Part shown: positions 23,612 through 37,300 of the stretch, one piece after another
How the letters are laid out: each line of letters starts with the position of its first letter
How positions within the stretch are numbered: the first letter of the stretch is position 1
Source of the DNA: Callorhinchus milii
Taxonomy: Eukaryota
DNA length: 64,000 nucleotides
Direction: 5' to 3'
Assembly (NCBI RefSeq): GCF_018977255.1
Contig: NW_024704742.1
Span: 16,370,001-16,434,000 of the forward strand
The notes under the pieces: model-generated
Database searches by the model: none
The model's input: the letters and a program-made list of their open reading frames with translations, nothing else
Told to the model about the DNA's origin: nothing
Translations under genes and position numbers: made by a program

Positions 23612-26083
23612 AATAATACAAGACAATTACATTTGGGATGTCCTCCCGACGTGAAAGACGCTCTATAAATGGAATCTTGTTGTTGTTGTTGTATAGCGTC
23701 TTTCACGTTGGACGGATGTCCCAAGCGCTGGACAGCCACAGTTTTGAATTCAAACTGAGGTTTGGGATTGGGGAGGGTGGAGGACAGGGTGATCGAAAGC
23801 ATGGTCGAAGAGGAGTGTCTTGAGACGGGATTTGAAGGAGGCAATGGAAGGAGTGAGGCGGAGGGACTGCAGGATGGAGTTCCAGAGGATGGGGGCAGAG
23901 TGGCAGAGGGTAGGGCGGGTGAGGCGGGGAATGTGAAGCAGGCCGGAGCCCGCCAAGCAAAGGGAGTGGGCATGATGTTCGGGGATTAGGAGGTCGCAGA
24001 GGTCCTGTTGGGTTGGCTGCCCCAGCCCCAGCCTATGGGCTAATGCCATCCACCTGACCGCTCGCTCCCGGTCACCGCGTGCGCAATATGGCTGCCGCTC
24101 TGACCCTCACCCCCTCACCTCCTCCCTCCCTCCCCTTTCCACTCTCCCCCCAAACCCTCCTCCCTCTGCATCTCTCCCATTCTGTCCTCTCTCTCCGTCC
24201 CTCTCGCCTTCTCACCTCAAGGCTGGACTATAGGAACTCTTTCCTCGCCGGCCTTCACGGCACCTCCCTCCACAAGCTGCAGGTCATTCAGAACTCTGCA
24301 GCTCATGTACTGTCCCGCACCAGGCTTCAGGACCACATCACTCCCACCCTCGCTCGCCTCCACTGGCTCCCCATCCCCCAGAGGATCGAATTCAAGATCC
24401 TCAACCTCGCCTACAAGGCCATTCACGGCCTTGCTCCCTCCTACCTCTCCGACCTACTATCCGCCTATCTACCTGCCCGTACCCTCCGTTCCTCTGGCTC
24501 CGGTCTGCTCCACATCCCCCACCCCAACCACCCTACCATCGGTGGCTGTGCCTTCAAGCCTCTCAGCCCCTAGGCTCTGGAACTCTATTCCCCAGTGCCT
24601 TCGCCTTGCTTCCTCCCTTTCCTCCTTCAAGGCCAGTCTCAAGACCTTTCTCTTTGACCGTACCTTCAGCTCCCCTCTCGACTCTCTACCCCCTCCTCGC
24701 CCCCTCCCTTCCCTCCCCTCACCCTGACCATTTCCCCCGTGCTCGGGTCCTGACCCAACTGTCCAGCGCTTTGGGACTTCCTCCCGACTTAAAAGGCGTT
24801 CTATAAATGGAATCTTGTTGTTGTAGCGGGGAGCAAGACCATGGAGGGCTTTGAAGCTGCGGACCAGGATCAGGATTTTTAACTTTATCCTCTGTGTGTT
24901 GGGAAGCCAGTGGAGTGGGAAAGGATGGGGTTGATAGGATCATGGAGCCTGGTGCAGGAGAGGACACAGGCTGCAGAGTTCTGGATGTTCCGCAGCCTAT
25001 GGAGGCAGGAGATGGGGAAGCTGATAAGCTGGGGATTCGGTGGCCTGTGGTGTGAGACAGTAGCAGAGTCGCGCAATGTTTGCGGAGGTGGGGGAAGACA
25101 TAACGGGTCGTGGCATGGATGTGGGGCAGAAAGGATAGTTGAGGGTCAAACAAGACCCCAAGGTTCCGGACTGGCTTAGCAAGGTGCAATGTGTAACCAT
25201 GGATGGTGGTACTGTCAGTGCCTGAGGTGCGGAGGCGCTGACGGGAGCTAATCACGAGAGCCTCGATCTTGTTGACATTCAATTGAAGGAAGTTAGCTCT
25301 CATACAGGACTTGATGTCTGACAAACATTCTGTCAGCACAGCAGTGGCTCTAGAGTCAAGGGTGGAGGCAGAGAGGTACAGTTTGGTGACATCCACATAC
25401 ATGTGGATGTTGACCCCATGTCTGTGGACGATGTCACCGAAACGGAGTATATAGATATTGAAGAGGAGGGGACCAAGGACAGAGCCTTGAGGAACGCCGC
25501 ACGAGACGATCCCGGGGCTAGAGAAGAAACCGTTTGTGGAGATGAAGTGAAGGCAATGTGAAAGGTACGATCTGAACCAGTTAAGGACAGAGCCATGAAG
25601 GTTGAGGTGAGAGGAGAGGTGGTGGATGAGGATAGAGTCGTCGACGGTGTCGAAGGCGGCAGAGAGGTGAAGGAGAACGAGGAGGCAGAAGGAGTCCTGG
25701 TCGCAGATTGACAGAATGTCATTTGTCACTTTGACCAGGGCTGTTTCTGTGCTGGGGGGGCATGGAAACCTGATTGGAGCGGTTTGAGAAGGGAATGGCG
25801 GAAGAGGAAGCAGCGAAGTGGGAAGCAACAACTCTTTCCAGGACGTTGAAGAGGAAATGGAGGTTGGAGATGGGGCGGTAGTTTGAGAGCAGAGATGGGT
25901 CCAGGGAGGAGTTTTTAAGGATAGGAGTGATGACGGTCATTTTTAATGGGGTGGGAACAGTACCAGTGGACAGAGAGAGGTTTATGATGTCTGTGAGTAG
26001 AGGGGCAAGGAGGTGGAGCTGGGATGTAAGGAGAGGGGTAGGGATGGGGTCGAGGGAGCAGGTGCTCGGTTTCACATGGGTCA
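23612..26083 (-). mobile_element. L2 LINE (RT region plus 3' end), interrupted by two younger plus-strand L2 inserts
   Basis: [63 protein letters not shown]. Confidence 0.92.
24001..24823 (+). mobile_element. Internally deleted L2 derivative (5' UTR and N-terminus fused in frame to the 3' end)
   Basis: 24001-24212 matches 53032-53240; 24213-24823 matches 55859-56521. Confidence 0.92.
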
Positions 26084-26799
26084 CAGTGGTTTTCATAATG
26101 CTCAATTTAAAATTCAGCATGTGATCAAATCGGCATACTTTATGAAATTGTTGGTACACACAAAAATATTGTTGGTAAAACAAAATGAAAATTTCATGAG
26201 TTGATTTTCTGACAGAAATACCATTTCATGAAAATGCTTCTCTCATAAAAAATCATAAAATTATACATTTCAAAGAATTTTTACATATTTAATCTAGTTA
26301 AGAAAATGCTTCCTTGAATAGAAAACAGATCAGCTTTTAAACAGAATTTGCATTTCTAGTAAATGAGGGTCAGTGAATGCAAAATATTAGTCCCATTTTT
26401 TAATAGTGTATCACAATGCAGCACAATGCTCATGTACATTTGGGTATTCAGTGTTACACCTTTGCTGTGCTGCAATAACTTGGAGTTACAATCTTGCATA
26501 ATTGCCCAAAATAATCATTACACTATTCTTCTCTTATGCGTAGAGTTATGCCACAAAAAAGTGACAGCTTGGCTCAGTTGGAAGTACTGTCACCTCCAAG
26601 TCAAATGGTTGTGGGATCAAGTTCCAAAAAGGTAATCTTCCTGCATTTTGACCAACAATCCTCTAGATAAATTGACTATTCACTTCATGGCTGTTTGCTA
26701 GGGATTGCTGTGTGCAGATTCGAAGGTGTGTTTGCCGACAAAACACACTACATTTGACAGCAATTCCCTGCTAAGCATCAACAAAAACACTTCAAAATT

Positions 26800-28140
26800 A
26801 AACAACAGGAAAATAAAAAGGGAGATTAAGAATAAAGGGAATGCTTACAGTGCTTGTAGGGAGAAAGGAGAGGGTTACCATTGGACTGAATATGGTCTAT
26901 GCAGAATGAGTTAAAAAAGAGATTAGGAGAACAAAGAGAGAACAGGAAAGGGACATAGCAGTAAATGCAAAAACATATTGCCTAAATATTTTTTAATTAA
27001 ATAAGAGGGCAATTGAGGAAAACAGTACAACCCTAACAGATGCAAAAGGGTTGAAAAGGAGAATGAACAGGAGATAGTGGACATGTTAAATTACTACTTT
27101 CTAATAAGTTTTTTTCCCCCAGGGAGGACACTGAACCCCCTCCTCTCCAATATCCAGAAAACATTGTTTGAACTCCAGCACTTTGGCATAAATGAGGCTG
27201 AGTTTCTGAGTAGATAGGCTTGAGGGGCTGAAAATCCTGACATTCAAATTCCGTGGGATGGATGAGCTGTACTCTCAGGTACATCAATATACAAGGCAGG
27301 AGATTTGTGTAGCACTGACAGACATTATGAGGGAGTCAATCACCACTGGTGAGGTTGCAACACACTGGAAGAAGCAAATGTGGTTCCCGTATTCATGAAA
27401 AGTGACACAACCATTCCTGACAACTACAGACCCATTTGCTTGACCTCAATAATTAGGAAACTGATAGAATCAATTATCAGAATCAAAAAGGGACATTACC
27501 TGTACAAAAATTATCTAATAAATGTCAGCCAGCAATGGATCAGAAGGAATAGATCTTGTCTGATTAACCTCATAGAGCTTTTTTGAGGAAATGATAATCC
27601 AATATGATTATGAGAAGGTATAGGACACAATGCTGGAGTCCTGTAGCTCAGTGGTTAGAGCACTCGCTTTGCAAGCGGGAGACCTGAGTTCAATTCCAGG
27701 CAGAGGGCAAAACCTTGGGCAAGTTTCCTTACTCCACACAGAGCCTAATAATAATCCCTCCAAAAACAAAACAATAATAAATTGGTCATTTTCAATCTAT
27801 GACTGTTTGTGGGACATTGCTGTGCGCAATTGGCTGCCGCGTTCGCCCACAAATATACAGTCAATTCACTTTACAGTGTGTTCTGTTATGCGCTTTGGGA
27901 CGTCCTCTCGACGTGAAAAGCGCTATATCAAATGCAAGGATTATTATTATTATTATTATTATAATGCACCTTGACTTCCAAAAGATGCGACTTTACAAAC
28001 TGATGTCACTGATTATCAAAGGCAAAACTTGGAAATGAATTCAAAATTAGCTGAAAGGAAAGAAGCAGAGATTGATTGTTAGGAAACTAATTGGGAGAAG
28101 TTATTTGACAGGCCTTAGAGATCTATATTGGGACACCTCC
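26800..28140 (+). mobile_element. Old CR1 LINE fragment interrupted by a SINE
   Basis: PDNYRPICLTSIIRKLIESII...RSCLINLIELF, continuing after the SINE as LDFQK. Confidence 0.75.
27635..27960 (+). mobile_element. Young tRNA-Ala-derived CORE/Deu SINE with L2 tail, full length
   Basis: A-box tagctcagtgg, TGC anticodon loop, B-box gttcaattcc, Deu core, (ATT)n tail, flanking aatgc repeat (27629-27633 and 27963-27967). Confidence 0.95.
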
Positions 28141-29499
28141 TTTTACAGTAAACCCCGGTTTACCAGATTTTGGAACTCCGGATTTTAGTGTGAATTTACC
28201 TAGCTAATTTAATCTATTCTCTTAACGCAGATGCCTCTAACTCACAGACCTCTATTATTCCAGCTTAGTTGAGTCTTCTTCTAGATTCTAGTTAATCTCT
28301 GCTGTAGGCTCTCTGATGCTAAGATGTCTTTAATTTGCTGTACTTCCTACAATGCCAAGAATCATATACCTCCCGGTCATACCCAATATCTTGGGACAAT
28401 AATTGTGCATGAGGGTTTTCTCTGCACTGATACTGCTTCTGCTCCCAGAACACATTGTATGGTGAGAAATTCCACCTGGGCCCAGATTGGCGTGATTTGC
28501 ATAGAATTTTATGAGAGTCTAGAATTTGGCAAATTCTTAAAACAGCCTTAATTTTGAAGCCAGATTTCTTTACTTTGTTTCAAGGACACCAGGTTCAATG
28601 TTAAGACTGAATTCAGCAACTTGCCAAATTCAGAAGACTCTAAAATGCTACATAAGGAGAATAAATGTAGATCCAAATCTGATTTGAAACATCAGAAACG
28701 TTTCTTTATTATAATGGAGATATCATGAAACATGAAAATAAATGAAAATTAGGTCTTCCTAAATAGGTTCATTTATTAATGTAGAGTGATATTAATTAGA
28801 AGATATATATATATATGTATATGCCAGCTACCTGGAGGTTGGTTAACATTTGAGATCTTAGTACACAGCACTTAAACCGACAGCTTGCAGAAGTTTGGGG
28901 GTGGAAAGAATGCTGACAGCCTGTCAGCATGTCTGACATAACTGAGAAAAGACCAGAGTTTGCCTTTCCATGATTTCACCCAGTGGGAATCAATCAGCCC
29001 ACTCGCTCGTATGAAGGGAATGGTGATGGAGAACTAAGGTTTTGATTTTTGAATGAATAGCCCAGGGTAAGAGCTGGACAAATGCAACATTTCATTTGAT
29101 GATGTGTCAATTATGAGTCAGAAAAAAAATGTTGAAATAGAAATAAAAGGAATAATAAAATGAAAATATCATCAATAAATAGTGTACACAAGAGGAGGCA
29201 GATCCTTGGGGGATATTGATCTCTAGAATTATCAACTGACATTCAGGCAACAACAGCAATCATTCTCAAACTCCAATTCATCTTTAGCCAGACTGTGATT
29301 GTGTTTGTTCAGTTTGTTTCCCTTCATCACTTAATAAAATATGGTTCATTTATTTATATAAAGGAAGTACATTTTATGATGTGGCATTATATTTTTCTGT
29401 ACATGTGAATCTTATTAGTACAGATTAGACGGCAATATTATCTTTTTTGTAAAATTTGTTATGTTTGCAATTATAATTTGTTTTTATGGAACACCTTGC

Positions 29500-30260
29500 A
29501 CATAGGGAAATGTGGAAGCACTTTACAGAGATGGTTTTGGACATTGAGCTTGCTGGAAGGAGGGAGAGAGTTAAACAGTCAAGAAATTAGGTTTTCAGGA
29601 TGCTTTCAAAGTAAGAATAGAAAAAAAGTATGGGGTGTGGGAGGGAACTCTAGAGGGTAGGGGGCATGGTATCTGAAAACTCCAGAGGTTAGGGGCATAG
29701 TGAATGGAGAGGATGTATAGTATACAGAGGCATACATTAGCTGAGCGGAGGGGGTCGGGCATTAGAGAGAGCCTCAAGAAGCTCACAGATGTAGAGAGGG
29801 GTGAATCCTATAAGAATTTGAGGGTGAGAGTAAGAGTCATTAAATCAATCCATTGGGAGACAGGAACCCAGTGGTACCTGAAAAGGATGGTGATAATGGA
29901 TAAGCAAAGGTTAGTCTGAGTAGAATGTGAGCAACCAAATTTTGGATGAATTGGAGTTTGTGAACCGTACAGCTAGGAAGACCTACAAGAAGGACATTGG
30001 AGAAATCCAATTTGGAGCTGACGAAGATTTCAGTAATCCTGGACATGAGATTGTGAGACAGGTGGATGATGTGGCGAAGATGAAGAAATGTGGTCATGGT
30101 CAGAGATCTGATGTAAGCAAGGAAATAGAACTGAGGGTTAAATACAATTCAAATATTGTGGATAGGCTCTGTGAAGTGGAGGGGCATCCAGGAAAGTTGA
30201 GACGATAGGACTTAGTGGTAAGGAAGTGGTGGCAAGAGCCAACAAGGATGCTTTATTATG
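29500..30260 (-). mobile_element. Old L2 LINE 3' fragment
   Basis: FLHLRHII...FVSSKLDFSNVLLVGLPSCTVHKLQFIQN. Confidence 0.8.
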
Positions 30261-30335
30261 CTTCTATTTTGTTGACAGAATGTTACCTCTACAATAACTT
30301 TGGACAACTTTGGATGTGTTTTCTATGTTTTCTTT

Positions 30336-33300
30336 TCATAGAATCATAGAATTGTACAGAACAAAAAGAGACCATTCGGCACATCGAGTTTGTGCCGGCA
30401 CTTTGAATAGAGCAATTAATGTCAATCCCACTCTCCAGTCCTTTCCCCATAACCCTGCAAACCCATGCTCCTCAAACACCCATCCACCGCGTTTTTAAAA
30501 GTAGTTATCGAATCGGCCTCGACCACACTTTCAGGCAATGCGTTCCAGATTTGAACTCGCTGCGTGAAAAAATATCTTCTCACCTCCCCTCTGCTTCTTT
30601 TAGATACCATTTTGAATCTGTGATCTCGAGTCACCGACATACCCACCAGTGGAAACAGTTTTTCCCTTTCTAACCTAACAAATCCCCTCATAATTTTGAA
30701 GACCTCTATTAGGTCTCCTCGTAACCTTCTCTGCTCCAATGAAAATAATCCAAGCCTCACTAGCCTTTCCTCATAATCAAGGTCCCTCATTCCTGGTACC
30801 ATCCTTGTAAATCTCCTCTGCACCCTTTCCAATGCCTTAACATTCTTCCTATAGTGTGGTGCCCAGAACTGGGCGCAGTATTCTAACTGAGGCCTAACCA
30901 GTGTTTTATATAGATTACTCACAACCTCCTGACTCTTGTATTCTATGCCCCTATTTATAAAGCCTAGAATCCCTTTGCCCTTTTTACAGCCTTATCTACC
31001 TATCCTGCCGTTCTTTTACCCCCCTTAAGATTGTATTACCAGCCTATATTACCTCCCCTCATTCTTTCTACCAAAATGCATTACTTCGCATTTCTCCACA
31101 TTGAAACTCATCTGCCATGTGTCTGCCCATTTTACCATTCTGTCTATGTCTTCCTGCAGTTGGCAACTATCCTTCTCACTGTTTTCCACCCTACCTAACT
31201 TTGTGTCGTCCGCAAACTTGGAAATGGTACTTGCTATACCCAAGTCCAGATCATTTATATATATTAAGAAGAGCAGTGGTCCTAATACCGATCCCTGGGG
31301 AAGGCCACTGTACACTTCCCTCCAGTCAGAAAAGCAGCCGTTCACCACAACTCTCTGCTTTCTGTCTTCCAGCCAGTTCTGGATCCATGCTGCCACTGTC
31401 CCTTTTATACCATGGGCTTCTATCTTTCTTACAAGTCTTTCATGTGGCACTTTGTCAAATGCCTTTTGAAAGTCCATATAAACTACATCAACTGCACTAC
31501 CTTTATCCACCCTCTCCGTTACCTCATCGAAAAATTCTATTAGATTTGTTAGACAAGATTTGTCTTTAACAAATCCATGTTGGCTGTCCCTAATTAACCC
31601 ATATTCTTGTAAGTGAAGATTTATTCTGTCCCGGATTATAGTCTCCAGGAGTTTTCCCACTACTGATGTTAGACTGACTGGCCTATAGTTCCCAGGTTTG
31701 TCCTTCTGACCCTTTTTGTACAGAGGAGTCACATTGGCCACTCTCCAGTCCTCTGGCACCACTCCTGTGTCCAACGAAGATTGAAAAATTGTAGCCAAAC
31801 CCTCCGCTATTTGTACCCGTGCCTCCCATAGTAACCTTGGTTGCATCTCGTCCGGACCGGGTGACTTATCTACCTTCAGCGCAGACAACCTTTTCAGTAC
31901 TTCCTCTTTGTTTATACTTATCCTATCCATTTCCTCTACCCTCTCCTCCAATACTGCGGCATTTGGTGCATCCACTTATTTTGTGAAACCAGATACAAAG
32001 TACTCATTCAGCACATCAGCCATGCCCTCTCCCTCCACAATAAGATTTCCCCCTTGGTCCTTAATTGGCCCCACCCTACCTTTGACTAGCCTTTTTTCCT
32101 TGATATGTTTGTAAAATATTTTAGAATTCCCTTTAATGTTACCCGCTAACCTTTTTTCGTATAATCTTTTTGCCCCTCTTATTTCCTTTTTCAAACCTCT
32201 TCTGCACTTCCTATATTCGATTTGGTTGTCTTCTGTATCTTGGGTTTGACATTTGTCATACGCCTCCTTTTTCTGCTTCATTTTAGATACAATTACCTTC
32301 GTCATCCATGGAGGTTTGGAAGCCCTACTTTTCCCTTTTGTGGGAATGTATTTATTTTGTCCCCGAGCTATCTCATCCTTGAAGACTTCCCACTGCTCTT
32401 TAGTTGTTTTACCTGCCAATCTTTCTTTCCAGTCCACCTTGGCTAGGTCCCTTTTTAACTCACTGAAATTTGCCCTCTTCCAGTTGAATATCTTTACCTT
32501 AGATGGTTCCTTGTCTTTTTCCATATGCACTTTGAATCTAATGATGTTATGATCACTATTACCCAGATGCTCTCCCACTGAAACCTGCTCCACTTGTCCT
32601 ACTTCATTCCCCAGAACTAGATCTAGCACTGCTTCCTTCCTTGTTGGGCTGGAAATGTACTGATCAAGAAAGTTGTCCTGTATGCATTTTAGGAATATTT
32701 CCCCCTCCTTGCCCTTTGCGCTGTTGTTTTGCCAGTCTATGTTGGGATAATTAAAGTCCCCCATTATCACGACTCAATTGGCCTTGCATCTGATTAAGAT
32801 CTGCTTGCAGATCTGCTCATCTATTTCCTTCCCACTATTTGGTGGTCTATAGTATACCCCTACCAGCGTAACAGCTCCTTTTTTGTTCCGTAACTCTAAC
32901 CAGATAGATTCCGTTTTGGGGCCCTCCAGCACCTCGACCCTTTCCACGGCTATAACCATATCTTTGACTAACATTGCCACACCCCCTCCTGTTTTTCCTT
33001 TCCTATCTCTCCTGAATACATTGTAACCAGGAATATTCAGCTCCCATTCTTGTCCTTGCTTGAGCCAAATCTCTGTTACCGCTACTACATCGTATCCCCC
33101 TATGACCACTTGAGCCTGCAGCTCACCAATCTTGTTTGCTAAACTCCGTGCATTTAGGCACATGGACTCCAAGACTGACTTGACCTGTTCTGCGCTTCCC
33201 CCCTGTTTTATTTCTCCATTTTCTAGCTCTTCATTTTTTGCATTCCCTTTCCCCCTCAAAACTAGTTTAAATCCTCCCCAACAGCATTGGGGAGGATTTA

Positions 33301-34330
33301 AACTCTGCAAGGACATTCACCCCATCCATATAGTACAGGTCCCACCTGCCCCAAAACTAGTCCCAATGATCCAGAAACTTGAAGCCCTCTTTTCTGGACC
33401 ATTTGTCCAGCCAAGCATTCATATGCTTGATCCTGCCATTCTGGTACTTATTTGCCCGAGGCACAGGGAGCAAGCCAGAGATTGCCACCTTGGATGTTCG
33501 ATTCCTTAGTATCTTCCCCAGCTTTTGATATTGACCCTGTAGAGTCTCAGCCCTTTTGTTTACCAATATCATGGATCCCCACCTGGACCACCACTTCTGG
33601 ATGTTCTCCTTCCCCCTGAAGAATTTTATCCACCCTTTCTGCGATGTCTAAGACTGTGGCACCAGGGAGGCAACAAACCATCCTTGACTCCTGTCTTCTG
33701 TTACAGAAACATTTGTCTATACCTCTCACTGTTGTATCCCCTGTAACAACAGCATTACTCATGTTACCTATGTCCCCCTGTTCCACCAACTGTTTTATAC
33801 TGTTCCCCCCTGGAGATATCCTCACTCTCAATGTTCAGTACAGAGTACTGGTTTGAGAGTGCTACGCTATTGGGGGCATTCTGTCTAGCCCGTCCCCTCT
33901 TCCTACCATGCCGGACAGTCACCCAGTCATTTTCCGTCTGAACCCTCGGTATGTGGGGTGGGGTGACCACCTCTTGAGGTGTCTGGTCCATCAGATACTC
34001 ACATCCATTGATCAAGTTTGAAGACCAAGGCTCCATCACCCCTCTTTCAGGGGTCCCATTATCTGCAGGACTGATGAAAACATCCTGTCCCTGAGCATTA
34101 ACCGATGCAAGCATCTCCCGAGCCTCAGGGGAGTGATGGTTTCCTCCAACATACTGTCCAAGAACGTCTCACTGTCCCTGATGGAGCGCAGTGTCTGCAC
34201 CTCGACTTCCAGCTCAGCTACTCTCAGCTGGAGCTTTCTGAGTGGCAGACACTTGCTGCAGATGAAGTCGCCCGGGCTCAGGGCACCCTCCATTAACTCC
34301 CACATGTCACAGTCCTCGCATTTCACTTTT
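30336..34330 (-). mobile_element. CR1 LINE, near full length, disabled (ORF1 zinc finger/leucine zipper/SGNH esterase; ORF2 APE endonuclease plus RT)
   Basis: ORF1: CEDC...CSKC, LQLRVAELEVEVQTL, GDTTVRG, CCLPGA, VQVGIHDI. ORF2: [40 protein letters not shown]. (ATTCTATG)n tail. Several stops and frameshifts. Confidence 0.97.
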
Positions 34331-37300
34331 GTTAGGAAAACGTAATAAGACTAAAGTGTGTGTAGAATGCTGGAAGTCAATCCACTTTGATTGCAGCAGT
34401 ATAGCAAAGAGGAAATAGAAGTCACCATTATACCATTAGATCTACATTGCATTCAATTAGATTAAAATTGGGTACTTGATTCAGGTACTTGTTTCTCATT
34501 ATCATCAAAGAGTCAGTCACACTTTTAATAACATGAGCAATGCTCTGCTCAAAATACTCGGAGGCTCTGTTCAAAGTTCTTGGCCCCAGGAACTTTAAAT
34601 GCATCTTTGGGGGAATAAGCTCAGTGCAATTTGCAGCCATCAAGTTTTTATTACGTGGGTGAATAGACAGAGGACTAAGCTGATTTTAAGATAATGATAC
34701 CAGGAGGGATGTAACAGAAAGAAAGCAAGCCAATCAAGGCAAAAAGAGAAATAACAGGCAAAATAATTTAATAGTCCTCCAATTTAAGACGAAATTGAGG
34801 AATTGATATTAAAATGGAACCTGTACTTTAACATTGTACATTTGCCTTGAGTGTTTTGTTGTAGTATGATTGTGATATAGGTGATTAAATTCCTGATATG
34901 GTAATTTGAATACAAAAGTATCTTTAACTTCAATTGGTATAATAGTTTGATAATATACAACATTATAATTGTCTAATATTTATTGGAAAGTTATTTCTGG
35001 TTATATGTATTATGTTGTTTTAGCATTAAATAAGTATGAGATCTTCAAAGCAGTATTAAATGAAGTAGAATTGAATTAATATGTTTAATTAATGTTAGTC
35101 AAGATAAAAGTAGATATTCCAAGACAGGATTGGTACTGGAATTGCTCCTTCATGCTTCTCAAAATTGTTCCTTAACTTACTACAATTAACTTTATTCTAA
35201 AATGAGTAACCTTTGTTGGAATGGATTTTAAATTGACCGTGTCTTCACTCTAAGGCTTCCCGGCTTGGCTAGAGCATATTCTGATGCAATTTGACACTCC
35301 TTATTCCAATTATATTACCTATTGTACATTGTAGTGAGTTACTGAATCACTCCTGGTAAGTTCATGTTCTCCACATTACCACAAAAATACTGTACTCCAA
35401 ACGGCAGTCGAATGTGTTTCACCCACATTGCAATGTGTCACAGAACGTTAACATACGGGAGCATCGATTTGAGGGACACTGTAGGAACCTGATCTTAGCT
35501 AGAATTTCCATAACAAGACCACTTGCCTCCTTGCCACTGCAGAATTAATGCAAGCATCAGCATTAATTCTTACTGTGTTAGTATGGAAAGGTATTTCCAT
35601 CTGCTTCACAGAGAGAATGTTCTCTACTGAACACCTCCTTATAATGGCACGGTGACCTAATGTGAGATTGATCCTCCAGGAAACTGCTTTCCAAATTAAG
35701 AATGAATTTAAGATTTTTCTATAGCTCTACATAATCTTAAATTTTAAGACAATGAATCTAGGGTTAAAACCATGAGAATTTGCAGGCCATGGATCTGAGC
35801 AGAGTTGATTGGAATGTTGCATGTAATAGATTGTGGCTGAATATACTGTATTAATCCGCCATTTCCAAGGTATAGAGGCTTATAGGGAGTATAAACACCA
35901 GAACAGACAGGTTGGGCTGAAACTAGTTTCCTTGATACAACAATGTAATTCTGAAGGATCGCAGGTGAGCAGAATAACTAAAACTGTTAGGATGAGAGCT
36001 ATTTCAGCTGAAATAATATTTGTTTTAGATGATATTAAAAACATTCTAGAATTGACATACTCTATTGTATTATTTTGATACTGTATTCAGCTGTATATTG
36101 TTTCATGAAACATTCTATTGTGACTAGAGTGTGTGAATGCAAAAACTAAACTATTCTATATAACCTTAAAGAAAATAAGCTTTTGTGCAATGGTTGTTCT
36201 GTGGCTCAGCTTTATATTTAGATGTAAATTAAGCAGTCAAAATAATCATTGAGAGATTAAACCTACTGCAAAAGCTTAATTGTGGCACATAAACCATTTC
36301 ACAATAGCTGACTGAATGCATGTCCAATGTGACTTTATGAAATGAGCAAAATCTGTCATGAGGCAATAAGAGATTTCTTGGAATCTGCCCCAAAAGACAC
36401 TGACACTTGTAAAGACCACAGACACTTGTAAAGACTACAGACCATTTTCATCACATGATGAAACAAACATGGTGTAAAACTATTACAAGAAGATCTACAA
36501 ACATACACCAGATCATAGATTTATATCAGCTTGTGCTTGGACACAATGCAAACTGTTCAAAACTGTTGAATGGTGTCAAGCACAGCTGATTAAGGTATAT
36601 TACATTACTTTTAAAAAGGTTATTTTTAGCTCTATTTTTGCAACAACAGAAAGACACCTCAACTCCAATCAGTTAGCCGCTGAATTCTATCACAGATATG
36701 GGCTGAAATTGACAAGGAAGTGGGTTCATCAACAACAACAACTTGCAATTATAATGTGCCCTTCACGCACGGTAGCATCAAGTAAGTTAATTCACGCCCA
36801 TATGCAAGAATATATTTATTGCAGTTATGCAGGCAAGCCAAAGCCTTATGCAAATGGAAATAATTTATTTCATGATTATTTTGTTAGGGTGTTTATTGTA
36901 TTCTCCCAATTCCCCTTTTGTTAGTTTCCTCACACTATATTTGAGTAAACACCGGAAAACAATCAAACCTGGGACCTTCTAGCTCTATATAGTTCAATAT
37001 CACATTGGGAACTGTCTCCAAAACTGAGGTGTGGGGTCAAAGCTGCTTGAAGGCGTTACCTGTAGTCCAAATTTGTGAACGTGCATCCATACATCCACTG
37101 CTCAGAATCCAGCTTGATTGGTTTGCAGAGACTAGTTAGCTGCTCTAACACCACACCTCCAACTGGTTGAACCATCACTCAGTGGAATGTGGTGGCCAAG
37201 CTCTCACGTATTTCATAGTGAGCTGTGTTGCCCTCCAGGAAGTTTGCAGGAAGTTTCTGGCAGTTACCATCCCCTTAGTGAAGGCTCAAACCCATGCTTG

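Noticed and set aside
27635..27706. tRNA-Ala(TGC)-like sequences here and at 37736, 46738, 60375, 62324
   Set aside because: They are SINE heads: the acceptor stem does not pair and each continues into the SINE body.
28144..28200. TA-CAGTAAACCCC resembling a Tigger/pogo terminal inverted repeat
   Set aside because: No matching second repeat was found.
36410..36443. Short direct repeats (gacacttgtaaagac twice; also tttcaagactaaa twice near 16154)
   Set aside because: Two-copy local slippage duplications with no spacer array; not CRISPR-like.
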